From positions 16,814 to 80,813 of the forward strand of contig CAMBZZ010000004.1 in the NCBI GenBank assembly GCA_945872615.1: a stretch of 64,000 bases of DNA, written 5' to 3'. The notes beneath the pieces are model-generated. The model had not been told where the DNA came from. It saw only the letters and a program-made list of their open reading frames with translations, and ran no database searches. The translations under genes were made by a program, and so were the position numbers. Positions 47,326 through 56,006 of the stretch are shown here, piece by piece. Source of the DNA: an uncultured Clostridia bacterium. Lineage in GTDB: Bacteria; Bacillota; Clostridia; Christensenellales; UBA3700. Position 1 is the stretch's first letter. Each line of letters opens with the position of its first letter.

Positions 47326-48750
47326 TTATTTGTTGTTTGCGTTGAGAAGCTTTTGTTTGAGTTCAAACAGTTTCTTAGACAAGTCAACTTTGTAAATATG
47401 CGGATTGAGCATACGCTTGTACTCGTTCCAAAACTCGGAGTAGGATTTTTTGTGATACTCGGCAATCTCTTTGACGGTAGGCAACTCGTAAACAAGTTTT
47501 CCGTCAATAATAATGTCTTGCATCAATTCTTTGCAATAGAAATTGGTCACTTTCTTTCTCTTCCAAGTAAAGTCGGGGTGGAAAATCTCAATCTCGTTCA
47601 CGCCGTCAAAATTCTCTTCTTTGAGCGCGATGAGGTCGGCTATCGCCTTGCCCGTCACGTTGTCATACAGTCTTATTATCTTTTTGAAGCCGGGATTGGT
47701 TATTTTGCCCGGGGTATCGCTCATCTTCATCTTAGGTTGAAGTACCCCGTCCTTTTCGATAGCAGCCAGCTTATACACACCTCCGAGGCTTGGGCAATCG
47801 GAACTCGTAATAAGTTTCGTACCTATACCCCAACAGTCTATACAAGCGTTTTGGGTGGCAAGCGATTGCAAAACGTTTTCGTCTATATCGCCACTTGCGA
47901 AAATCTTGGCATTAGGAAAGCCCGCGTCGTCAAGCATCTTTCTAGCTTCTATCGACAGATACGCAAGGTCGCCCGAATCTAGTCTTATTCCTAGAGGCTC
48001 GTACCCCTTGGCTCTAAGCTCGTTGAATACGGTTATTGCGTTAGGCACGCCCGATTTGAGAGTATCGTAGGTATCAACGAGTAGCAAACACTTAGAAGGA
48101 TACATATCGGCATAGGCTCTAAACGCCTCCAATTCGCTCTCAAAACTCATTACCCAACTATGTGCGTGCGTGCCCGATACGGCAACGTCAAACATTTTGC
48201 CCGCAAGCACGTTGGAGGTAGAAGAACAACCCGCAATCATCGCCGCTCTTGCGCCGTATATACCGGCATCTGGACCTTGCGCTCGACGCAAACCGAACTC
48301 TGCGACTGCGCCACCCTTAGTGGCGTAAACAATCTTGGCGGTTTTGGTCGCAATCAAAGTTTGGTGATTGAGAATGCACAAGATAGCCGTTTCGACGAGC
48401 TGTGCCTCGAAGAGCCTTGCTTTGACCGTCAAAATAGGCTCTTGAGGAAATACGACAGTACCTTCGGGTACCGCGTATATATTGCCTGTAAATTTGAAGT
48501 CTGCAAGCAAGCCCAAAAATTCTTCGTCAAAGAGTTGCAAACTCCTAAGATAAGCAATGTCGTCCTCTTCGAACTTCAAGTTGAGGATATAGTCCACGAC
48601 TTGTTCTAGTCCGCAAGCAACGGCATAATTGTTGCCTACTCCGCGGTAGAAAACGTCAAATACCGCTTGTTTGTTCATTTGGTCATTTTTGCTATAGCCA
48701 TACATCATAGTAAGCTGATATAGGTCTGTCAACAACGTTAAGTTTCTCAT
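47326..48750 (-). CDS. pncB: nicotinate phosphoribosyltransferase
   Basis: 474 aa. LLTDLYQLTMMYGY N-terminus, GTSN-like (CSSTSN), IRLDSGD. AGAGGAG SD. Confidence 0.92.
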   Translation of the reverse strand: MRNLTLLTDLYQLTMMYGYSKNDQMNKQAVFDVFYRGVGNNYAVACGLEQVVDYILNLKFEEDDIAYLRSLQLFDEEFLGLLADFKFTGNIYAVPEGTVVFPQEPILTVKARLFEAQLVETAILCILNHQTLIATKTAKIVYATKGGAVAEFGLRRAQGPDAGIYGARAAMIAGCSSTSNVLAGKMFDVAVSGTHAHSWVMSFESELEAFRAYADMYPSKCLLLVDTYDTLKSGVPNAITVFNELRAKGYEPLGIRLDSGDLAYLSIEARKMLDDAGFPNAKIFASGDIDENVLQSLATQNACIDCWGIGTKLITSSDCPSLGGVYKLAAIEKDGVLQPKMKMSDTPGKITNPGFKKIIRLYDNVTGKAIADLIALKEENFDGVNEIEIFHPDFTWKRKKVTNFYCKELMQDIIIDGKLVYELPTVKEIAEYHKKSYSEFWNEYKRMLNPHIYKVDLSKKLFELKQKLLNANNK

Positions 48751-48874
48751 TTTACTCCTCTGTATAATAAATGGCGGAAAACCGCACTCGACTGAGCATT
48801 ACCGCTCATGGTCAGTTGCAATAGCAAAATTTTACGATATTTTGTCTTATCTATCCGCGTCACGCGGTATATTA

Positions 48875-49888
48875 TCAGTTTGTTTTGTTAGGTGGCGTCT
48901 CGTCGGTACGATTTTCTTCCAACCTAGCTGCGTTGGTCTCTTGCTCGCTTTGTTCGCTAGCGCTATCTTGAGACGCTTGTTGTTCGTCGACGCTTGCGGT
49001 TGGCGTATCGTCTGCAACAGCCTCGGCAGTCTGCAAAGAAGCTTGTTTTTCGGCGATTTTTCTAGCAAACCACTTGGTTTCAAAGGTGATTTTACCCATT
49101 TGGTTGAGCACGGTCAACACTATCATGATAGGCGCTAGCACGAAGCACATTACTTGTACCACACCCACGTCGGTACCTGCAAAGGTCTTGTGTTCGTATT
49201 TCAAAAATTCAAGGCATCCTCTCACCAAGAAGTACCACGATAGATAGCCTAGCGCTATGGTCATATTTTTTAGTTTGTCCTGCAATTTGATAAAACAAAC
49301 TAGCGCAATGACAAGCCCTATAAAGTTGAGCACTCCTTCGTAGAAGAACAACGCGCAATAATATCCGCCCAGTCTGTCGATATAGACGGCAAACGGGAAA
49401 AACTGCCATTTCGGGTCGGTGATTTCTACACCAAACAACTCTTGATTGAAAAAGTTGCCCCACCTACCGATGATTTGTCCCAGCAATACGGCAATTACCA
49501 CGCAGTCTGCCACTTTAGCAAAGCTGTACTTTTTGTTTTTGAGACAACACAGCAAAACGCCCAGTGCTCCGCCGAATATTCCGCCTATAATCGTCAATCC
49601 ACCTTCGGAAATATTAAATAACCTAACGAAGTCGTCCCACCCGAAGTCCTTAGGGAAGTATTCTTTACGCGGAATGACATAGAATAGTCTACAAAACAGT
49701 ACCGCAAACACCACCAACCATATAAATATTTCCAGCGAAAAGTCCAGATCGATATTGCGTTTTTTTGCCAAAAACAAATATAACAAATAGGCGCAAACAA
49801 TCGCCGAAGTGACGACGATACCGTACCAATATATAGGTCTACCGAATATGGTAAAGGCAACGTTGTTGATTGCACCGACCAAACTCAT
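48875..49888 (-). CDS. lgt: prolipoprotein diacylglyceryl transferase with an acidic C-terminal extension of about 70 aa
   Basis: 337 aa. IYWYGIVV, GGLTIIGGIFGG, GRWGNFFNQELFG motifs. The tail is rich in A/E/Q/S/T. Confidence 0.92.
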   Translation of the reverse strand: MSLVGAINNVAFTIFGRPIYWYGIVVTSAIVCAYLLYLFLAKKRNIDLDFSLEIFIWLVVFAVLFCRLFYVIPRKEYFPKDFGWDDFVRLFNISEGGLTIIGGIFGGALGVLLCCLKNKKYSFAKVADCVVIAVLLGQIIGRWGNFFNQELFGVEITDPKWQFFPFAVYIDRLGGYYCALFFYEGVLNFIGLVIALVCFIKLQDKLKNMTIALGYLSWYFLVRGCLEFLKYEHKTFAGTDVGVVQVMCFVLAPIMIVLTVLNQMGKITFETKWFARKIAEKQASLQTAEAVADDTPTASVDEQQASQDSASEQSEQETNAARLEENRTDETPPNKTN

Positions 49889-49889
49889 A

Positions 49890-51155
49890 TTACATCTCCA
49901 CCTTGCAAGCGCCGTCGTTTCTTACGCCGATTGCAAATACGTTTTTGTCACCGAAAATATTTTTCATTTGTTTCACGTAACCGTCCACGGATTTCGTATC
50001 TACGTACGCGATGATAGTACCCGCAAAACCGCCGCCGTGAACTCTCACAGCCTTAACGCCGTCAATCTTTTTGCTGAGGTTGATGCCGAGAGGAATTCTT
50101 TGGTCAAGGTCGCCCAAAGGATAGCAGTTTTGGAGCATGGTGTAAGAACTAAGCCCGCTTGCGTTGATAACTTCGCAGAACTTCTTTTCTTTGCCGCTCT
50201 TGACAGCTCTTGCGCCCACTTCCACGCGTTTATTTTCGTCAAAGAAGTGCATAGCTCTAAGTATCGCTCTACCGCTCACTTTGGTCTGCAAAGTATCGAG
50301 TGCGGCATAAAAGTCGCTTTCTTTAACTTTACGAAGTTTGCGCGCTTTAAACTGTTTAGCCACGCCTTCCATCTCCACTCTGATGTCGGCGTATTGCGAA
50401 GTAAGGTCGCAGTGGTCTCCGCCCGTGTTGGTAAGCACGATAGCAAGGTCGTCGAATTTCCAATCGATAGTTTGAATTTTTGGATTGGAAGTGGACTTAA
50501 AGTCAATATAGCTAACACCTCCGAGGGCAATCGCGCTTTGGTCCATCAGTCCGCAAGGCTTGCCGAAGAACACGCTCTCTGCATGGTGCGAAGCTTTGGC
50601 TTTGGTCACCTTGTCAATCTTGCCGTCGTTGAACATAACGTTGAGGATTTCGCACACTAGCACCTCGAAGCACGCCGAAGAACTAACTCCCGCACCCTTA
50701 AATACGTCGCTAGTCGTAGTTGCGGCGAAACCTCCGATATTGAATCCGTTGTCAACGTAGTAAGCGCACACGCCTCTCACCAACGCTTCGCTCGTGCCGA
50801 ATTCCGCGCTGTTTGGCGTGAGGTCGTCGATATTAATCTCTACAGTAGGATAACCTACCGAATCAACGATAATTTTTCTTTCTGCAAGAGGCGTAACGCA
50901 AGCGATAGTGTCTACGGTGATAGCCGCACACAAAACCTTGCCGTTGTTGTGATCGGTATGGTTGCCGCACACCTCAATTCTACCCGGGGAAGAATAGAAA
51001 ACTCCGCCCTCCGCATACTTAGACGAGTGCAACTCGTAAATTTTGCGGTATCTATCCACTTCGTAATCGAACTTAGCGATACCGTAGAGCGACTTGACGC
51101 TATTTTTGAATACATCGTTGTTGCCGAGATTGGCAATAGAATTTTTGTCAGCCAT
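49890..51155 (-). CDS. galK: galactokinase-family GHMP kinase
   Basis: 421 aa. SPGRIEVCGNHTDHNNG (a variant of GRVNLIGEHTDY), GAGVSSSA (GHMP motif II), HGGGFAGT (motif III). Divergent from galT. Confidence 0.8.
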   Translation of the reverse strand: MADKNSIANLGNNDVFKNSVKSLYGIAKFDYEVDRYRKIYELHSSKYAEGGVFYSSPGRIEVCGNHTDHNNGKVLCAAITVDTIACVTPLAERKIIVDSVGYPTVEINIDDLTPNSAEFGTSEALVRGVCAYYVDNGFNIGGFAATTTSDVFKGAGVSSSACFEVLVCEILNVMFNDGKIDKVTKAKASHHAESVFFGKPCGLMDQSAIALGGVSYIDFKSTSNPKIQTIDWKFDDLAIVLTNTGGDHCDLTSQYADIRVEMEGVAKQFKARKLRKVKESDFYAALDTLQTKVSGRAILRAMHFFDENKRVEVGARAVKSGKEKKFCEVINASGLSSYTMLQNCYPLGDLDQRIPLGINLSKKIDGVKAVRVHGGGFAGTIIAYVDTKSVDGYVKQMKNIFGDKNVFAIGVRNDGACKVEM

Positions 51156-51339
51156 AATTTACTCCCTTTTGTTTTTTCTACGATATTATACCATACGGCA
51201 CAAAAAAAGTAAATATATATATTGCCAACTTTTTATTATCGGTCAAATAACGAAGTTTATTTGTAGTTTTACCCTTGCAAATAGATAGATTTTGATTTAT
51301 AATATAATAAAATATAATAAATAAGTGTAAGAGGTTTAT

Positions 51340-52878
51340 ATGTTAGCGACGGCTCAAGTTCAAACCAAACTCAACGAATTGGTTGCATATGCAATCGACA
51401 ATCTCAATCTCAAGTCCGAGGACGAGTACTACGTTCTCAACCAACTGCTCGACTTGTTCCATCTACAAGCGGCGGGCGAAGCAATTACCGATTACGGCGA
51501 TTTCCAGACCGATATAGTTGACCCGCTCGTCGATTACGCCGTACAATCGGGCATGATACAAGAAGAACAAAGAATTCTTTTCGAGACCAAAATGTTAGGT
51601 ATCGTCACTCCTATGCCAAGCGCTGTGGTAGAAGAATTCGACAGCGTGGCTAGCGTTCAAGGCGTCAAAGCGGCAACGGATTGGCTTTTCGAACTCAGCA
51701 AAGCCAACAACTACGTTCGTATGCCCGACATCAACAAAAATATTAAGTGGGAACATAAAGGAAAATTCGGTCGTATAGACATCACTATCAACTTGTCCAA
51801 ACCCGAAAAAGACCCAAAACAAATCGCACTTGCCAAGTTGCAACCAAAGACGGGCTATCCCGCATGTATGCTTTGTCCGTCCAACGTGGGTTATGCGGGA
51901 CACGTCAACCACCCTGCTCGCCAGACTTTGAGAATTATACCTATCGAACTAGGCGGAGAAGAATGGAACTTGCAATTTTCTCCTTATCAATACTATCACC
52001 AACACGTCATTGCCTTTTCTTCCGAGCATAGACCTATGGACGTCAACGACAAGGCATTTGGTAGACTTATGGATTTCGTTGACCTCTTCCCTCACTACTT
52101 TATCGGAAGCAACGCGGCGTTGCCTATCGTTGGCGGTTCGATACTTACGCACGACCACTATCAAGGCGGAGAAAAGGTTCTTCCTATGTTTTTGGTTGGC
52201 AATCGCAAAACTTACTCAAGCACGGAATGCGCAGACGTAACCGTTTCAATCGTCGATTGGTACAACAGCGTTGTAAGAATAGAAGGCAAAAATCGCGACC
52301 AAGTCTACCAAACCGCTTGCAAAGTCCTCTCCGTATGGAAAGATTGGACCGACGAGAGCGTGGGCGTGATTGCCAAGACGTCGGATCAACACAACGCAAT
52401 CACTCCTATAGTAAGACTGGACAACAATACGTACGTTTTTGACTTGATTTTGCGCAACAACCGCACCGACGAAGCGCATCCTTTCGGCATTTTCCATCCG
52501 GAAGAAAGCTTACATAATATCAAAAAGGAAGGCATCGGCATTATCGAAGTTATGGGCTTGTTCATCTTGCCGGGAAGACTTAAGAAGGAACTCGAAGAAG
52601 TCAAGGGATACCTCACGGGCAAAACTCCTCTCGATCTCAAAGAATTGTCCAATCCCGAGAACCCTATGAGCAAGCATGCGGGAATGATAGTTCAACTCGT
52701 CAACGACAACGGCGCTAAGAACACCACCAAAAAAGCCGACGCTATCGTCAACGATTACGTCAACTCGGCTTGCGAAAAGATTTTGGAATGCACGGGCGTA
52801 TTCAAGAACGACCAAGCAGGTCAAGCCGCATTTGACAAGTTTATGACGCAAGGCTTGGGACTAATCGCCAACGACTAA
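51340..52878 (+). CDS. galT: UDP-glucose--hexose-1-phosphate uridylyltransferase (type 2 GalT)
   Basis: 512 aa. A long Firmicute-type GalT with CMLCPSNVGY and THDHYQGG motifs. Confidence 0.88.
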   Translation: MLATAQVQTKLNELVAYAIDNLNLKSEDEYYVLNQLLDLFHLQAAGEAITDYGDFQTDIVDPLVDYAVQSGMIQEEQRILFETKMLGIVTPMPSAVVEEFDSVASVQGVKAATDWLFELSKANNYVRMPDINKNIKWEHKGKFGRIDITINLSKPEKDPKQIALAKLQPKTGYPACMLCPSNVGYAGHVNHPARQTLRIIPIELGGEEWNLQFSPYQYYHQHVIAFSSEHRPMDVNDKAFGRLMDFVDLFPHYFIGSNAALPIVGGSILTHDHYQGGEKVLPMFLVGNRKTYSSTECADVTVSIVDWYNSVVRIEGKNRDQVYQTACKVLSVWKDWTDESVGVIAKTSDQHNAITPIVRLDNNTYVFDLILRNNRTDEAHPFGIFHPEESLHNIKKEGIGIIEVMGLFILPGRLKKELEEVKGYLTGKTPLDLKELSNPENPMSKHAGMIVQLVNDNGAKNTTKKADAIVNDYVNSACEKILECTGVFKNDQAGQAAFDKFMTQGLGLIAND

Positions 52879-52999
52879 CTCATTCAGCCCTATATATCTC
52901 TACGATGTCGCGACTTGACGCAATACTGTCTGGCAGAATAAGCAAAAATAGAGCGTTCTCTTTCAAAAGAGCGACCAAAGTATCCAATATCTACTATAC

Positions 53000-53446
53000 T
53001 TGCTTGGCAGCCAAACACGCAAAACAATAATATTATGGGCGCTGGACTTGGCACAAGAAACCGTAGAAGACTTGAAACAAAAGTACCCGACCGACGACAA
53101 AGCCGAAGCTGCACTACATACGACGAGATTGTGGGCGCAAGGCGTTGTCAAAATGCCAATCGCAAAAAGAGCCATATTGGATTGCCACGCCGTAGCAAAA
53201 ACGCTCGATTCACTCGAGGACGTAGCCCTATATCACGCAGTCGGTCAAGCATGTTCCACAGTACATGCCTGCGGACACGCGATAGGCTATCCGATATACG
53301 ACCTCACGGCAATAGTTAGGAAATACGGTATTGACAGCTATCGAGCTCCGCTCGAACAAAGGATTGCTCATTATATTGAAAGGTTGCAATATTGCGAGCT
53401 CAACCAAAACTTACCGAGACAATGGGCAAAGTTTATCCGAGACTAA
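53000..53446 (+). CDS. small all-helical protein resembling the Imm5-like putative immunity protein family; function unknown
   Basis: 148 aa, TTG start. The pattern LWALDLAQETV...KYPTDDKAEAALHTTRLWAQGVV...AKRAILDCHAVAK...AVGQACSTVHACGHAIGYPIY recalls W-AADCAEHVL...YP-D-RP...AARAWARGE...AAGHA. The match is from memory only. Confidence 0.35.
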   Translation: MLGSQTRKTIILWALDLAQETVEDLKQKYPTDDKAEAALHTTRLWAQGVVKMPIAKRAILDCHAVAKTLDSLEDVALYHAVGQACSTVHACGHAIGYPIYDLTAIVRKYGIDSYRAPLEQRIAHYIERLQYCELNQNLPRQWAKFIRD

Positions 53447-53454
53447 TTTACTTA

Positions 53455-53489
53455 CAAAAAAGCAGATGCTTATTGGCATCTGCTTTTTA
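53455..53489. terminator. bidirectional rho-independent terminator between the convergent 53000 gene and recR
   Basis: AAAAA-AGCAGATGC-ttattg-GCATCTGCT-TTTTT. Confidence 0.8.
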
Positions 53490-53499
53490 ATTATGTGAT

Positions 53500-54084
53500 T
53501 TACAACTGTTTGCGGTCTTGCAAGGCACGCGATAGCGTCACTTCGTCGGCGTATTCTATATCGCTACCCATAGAGATACCGCTTGCTATTCTGCTCACTT
53601 TGATACCCATAGGTTTGATTAGACGAGCTATATACACGGCGGTTGCCTCTCCGTCAACGTCGGGATTGGTAGCCATAATGACTTCTTCTACCCCGTCAAG
53701 TCTTTGCAAAAGTTCTTTGATGCGTATATCGTCCACACCCACGCCCAAAAGAGGATTGATAGTGCCGTGGAGCACGTGATATACTCCCCTAAAGTCTTTG
53801 ACCTTTTCAAACGCAGCCACGTCCTTTGGCTCTTTGACCACGCAAATGACTTTCTTGTCGCGAGTAGAACAAATGTCACATACGTCCTTGTCGGTATATC
53901 CACCGCAAATCGGACAATAGTGCACCTTTTGTTTTGACTCTACTATAGCCTCGGCAAAAGCCTCGACTTCTTCTTCGGACATATTTATAATTTTGTAAGC
54001 ATAGCGTTGCGCCGTCTTTTGTCCAACCCCGGGGAGTTTGGTAAATTGAGCGACAAGCCGTGCCAATGCTTCTATATCGTACAT
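53500..54084 (-). CDS. recR: recombination protein RecR
   Basis: 194 aa. LPGVGQKTAQR HhH motif, CxxC...C zinc finger (CPICGGYTDKDVCDIC), Toprim domain. Confidence 0.96.
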   Translation of the reverse strand: MYDIEALARLVAQFTKLPGVGQKTAQRYAYKIINMSEEEVEAFAEAIVESKQKVHYCPICGGYTDKDVCDICSTRDKKVICVVKEPKDVAAFEKVKDFRGVYHVLHGTINPLLGVGVDDIRIKELLQRLDGVEEVIMATNPDVDGEATAVYIARLIKPMGIKVSRIASGISMGSDIEYADEVTLSRALQDRKQL

Positions 54085-54085
54085 A

Positions 54086-54409
54086 TTATAGACCTATGTT
54101 GCCAAAAGCTCCCATCTTTTCTTCTTTCACCGCATCGGCTTGGCTAAGAGCGTCGTTGACTGCGGCAACTACGAGGTCCTCTAGCATTTCTACGTCGTCG
54201 GGGTCAACAGCCTCGGGTTTGATACTAATTCCCACCAACTTTTTGTCGCAAGTCATAGTGACCTCGACCATAGAGCCGCCACTTGTGCCTACCACTTCGG
54301 TATTTGCCAACTCTTCTTGAGCAGCGAGCATATCTTGTTGCATTTTTTGCGCTTGTTTCATCAACTGTTGCATGTTACCCATGCCACCGAAACCGCCGAA
54401 TTTTCCCAT
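54086..54409 (-). CDS. ybaB: nucleoid-associated protein YbaB/EbfC
   Basis: 107 aa. GNMQQLMKQAQKMQQDM and the dnaX-ybaB-recR synteny. Confidence 0.94.
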   Translation of the reverse strand: MGKFGGFGGMGNMQQLMKQAQKMQQDMLAAQEELANTEVVGTSGGSMVEVTMTCDKKLVGISIKPEAVDPDDVEMLEDLVVAAVNDALSQADAVKEEKMGAFGNIGL

Positions 54410-54411
54410 AT

Positions 54412-55938
54412 TTATTCTCCTTTTTTGATAGTTATTTTGTTATCGCCCACCAATTCCGTAATTTTGGCGATGCCTTGTTCAACCTCGTCAATCTTGTTGT
54501 CAAGCACGATTTTGACGTCGGTTATTTCAAAATACTCCTTGCATATTATTGACTTAAATTCACTTGCAAAATAATCCAGCACTGCAAATTGTTTGTCACT
54601 AAACACCGTGATGACGAGTACGTTATCTTTGTATGATAGTTGGGTTTTGGTATCCACGTCGTTAGCGGCGTTGTAGGCAACTATCATAGATTTATTTTTG
54701 TTCAAAATATTGAGCAGTCGCCCCCATACTTCTCCTACGTCTAGTTGAAATCGTTCGTTACTTTGGTTTGAGTCCAAACTAATCAACGTTCTCACCTTAG
54801 ATTCTACGTCTTTGAGCCGCTTGATAATGCCGTCGGTGTCTATGCTAACGAACAAATCGCAAGCCTTGACCACTGCCATTTCCACAACGACTTGTGCACT
54901 GTTGCTATATTTTAGTTGACCCTCTATATCCATAAAGACGTCGACCATATGCACCAATTTATCGTTGCTGCACGCATCGCCCAATCTAACCAACCTATTA
55001 TATATTTCTATAGGCAAGCCCAAAATTTTATTGGCGTTGACGCAGTTTTTGGCAAAGACTACGTTGCGCAAAGTTTTGGCTACGTCTTTGGCAAGCAAGG
55101 ACACGTTTTTGCCCATTCCGATAATTTTTTCTACAGTTTCCAATGCAGAGCGTACGTCACTTTTTACCAAAGCTTCGACAAGCTCCAAAATCATAGTAGG
55201 CGAAGATGCGCCGAGCACCTCCAACACGTCGTCATAACCAACTTGTCCTTCGCAATACGACATACAAATATCCGCTATCGAAAGACAGTCTCTCACGCTT
55301 CCGTCGCCCGCTTCAGCTATGAGTTGCAAGGCTTCTTTTTGATATTCTCTGCCTTCTTCTTCAAATATTTTTTTCAGCAAATCCACCAATTCGGCAGTCG
55401 TAAGCAACTTAAAATCAAGCCTCATACAGCGCGACAATATAGTTTGCGGAATTTTATCCACTTCGGTGGTCGCCAAAATAAATACAGCGTGTTGAGGAGG
55501 CTCTTCCAAAGTTTTGAGCAAAGCGTTAAACGCGCTTTGCGACAACATATGCACCTCGTCGATTATATATACTTTATATTTGCCGACACTTGGAGGGAAC
55601 TTGACCTTCTCTCTTAAGTCTCTGATGTCGTCCACGCCGTTGTTGGAGGCTGCGTCCATTTCGATTATATCTAGACAGTTTGGTGCCGAAAGCGCCTTGC
55701 ATACCTCGCACGTTTCGCAGGGCGAGCCGTCCTCTCTCGGATTGAGACAGTTGATTGCTCTGGCAAATATTTTGGCAGTAGTCGTCTTACCCGTACCTCT
55801 AGTACCCGTAAACAAATACGCGTGCGAAATTTTACCGCTCAAAATTGTATTTTTGAGGGTACGGACGATATGTCGTTGACCTATCATAGTGTCAAAACTT
55901 GTAGGTCTGTATTTTCTATACAAACTAACGTGTGCCAT
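54412..55938 (-). CDS. dnaX: DNA polymerase III subunits gamma/tau
   Basis: LYRKYRPTSFD, GTRGTGKTT, zinc module CETCEVC, IIDEVHMLS. Start set at the ATG at 55938 (MAHVSLYRKY). No SD is visible. The ORF track start at 55965 is TTG. Confidence 0.93.
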   Translation of the reverse strand: MAHVSLYRKYRPTSFDTMIGQRHIVRTLKNTILSGKISHAYLFTGTRGTGKTTTAKIFARAINCLNPREDGSPCETCEVCKALSAPNCLDIIEMDAASNNGVDDIRDLREKVKFPPSVGKYKVYIIDEVHMLSQSAFNALLKTLEEPPQHAVFILATTEVDKIPQTILSRCMRLDFKLLTTAELVDLLKKIFEEEGREYQKEALQLIAEAGDGSVRDCLSIADICMSYCEGQVGYDDVLEVLGASSPTMILELVEALVKSDVRSALETVEKIIGMGKNVSLLAKDVAKTLRNVVFAKNCVNANKILGLPIEIYNRLVRLGDACSNDKLVHMVDVFMDIEGQLKYSNSAQVVVEMAVVKACDLFVSIDTDGIIKRLKDVESKVRTLISLDSNQSNERFQLDVGEVWGRLLNILNKNKSMIVAYNAANDVDTKTQLSYKDNVLVITVFSDKQFAVLDYFASEFKSIICKEYFEITDVKIVLDNKIDEVEQGIAKITELVGDNKITIKKGE

Positions 55939-55960
55939 AATTGTCTTATTTACATTATTT

Positions 55961-55992
55961 TGCAACCGCTACCCCGTAGAATAGCGGTTGCA
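55961..55992 (-). other. 11-bp stem hairpin between the GPH transporter gene and dnaX, without a U-tract
   Basis: TGCAACCGCTA / TAGCGGTTGCA with a 10-nt loop. Not followed by a T-run on the minus strand. Confidence 0.4.
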
Positions 55993-56006
55993 TGCTTTAA
56001 TTAGGG

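Noticed and set aside
54412-55965. Programmed -1 frameshift site in dnaX (A-rich heptamers such as G-AAA-AAA-ATA near 55370)
   Set aside because: The A-run lies around codon 195, far from the position of the E. coli gamma/tau site. There is no downstream hairpin, and frameshifting is not known for Firmicute dnaX.
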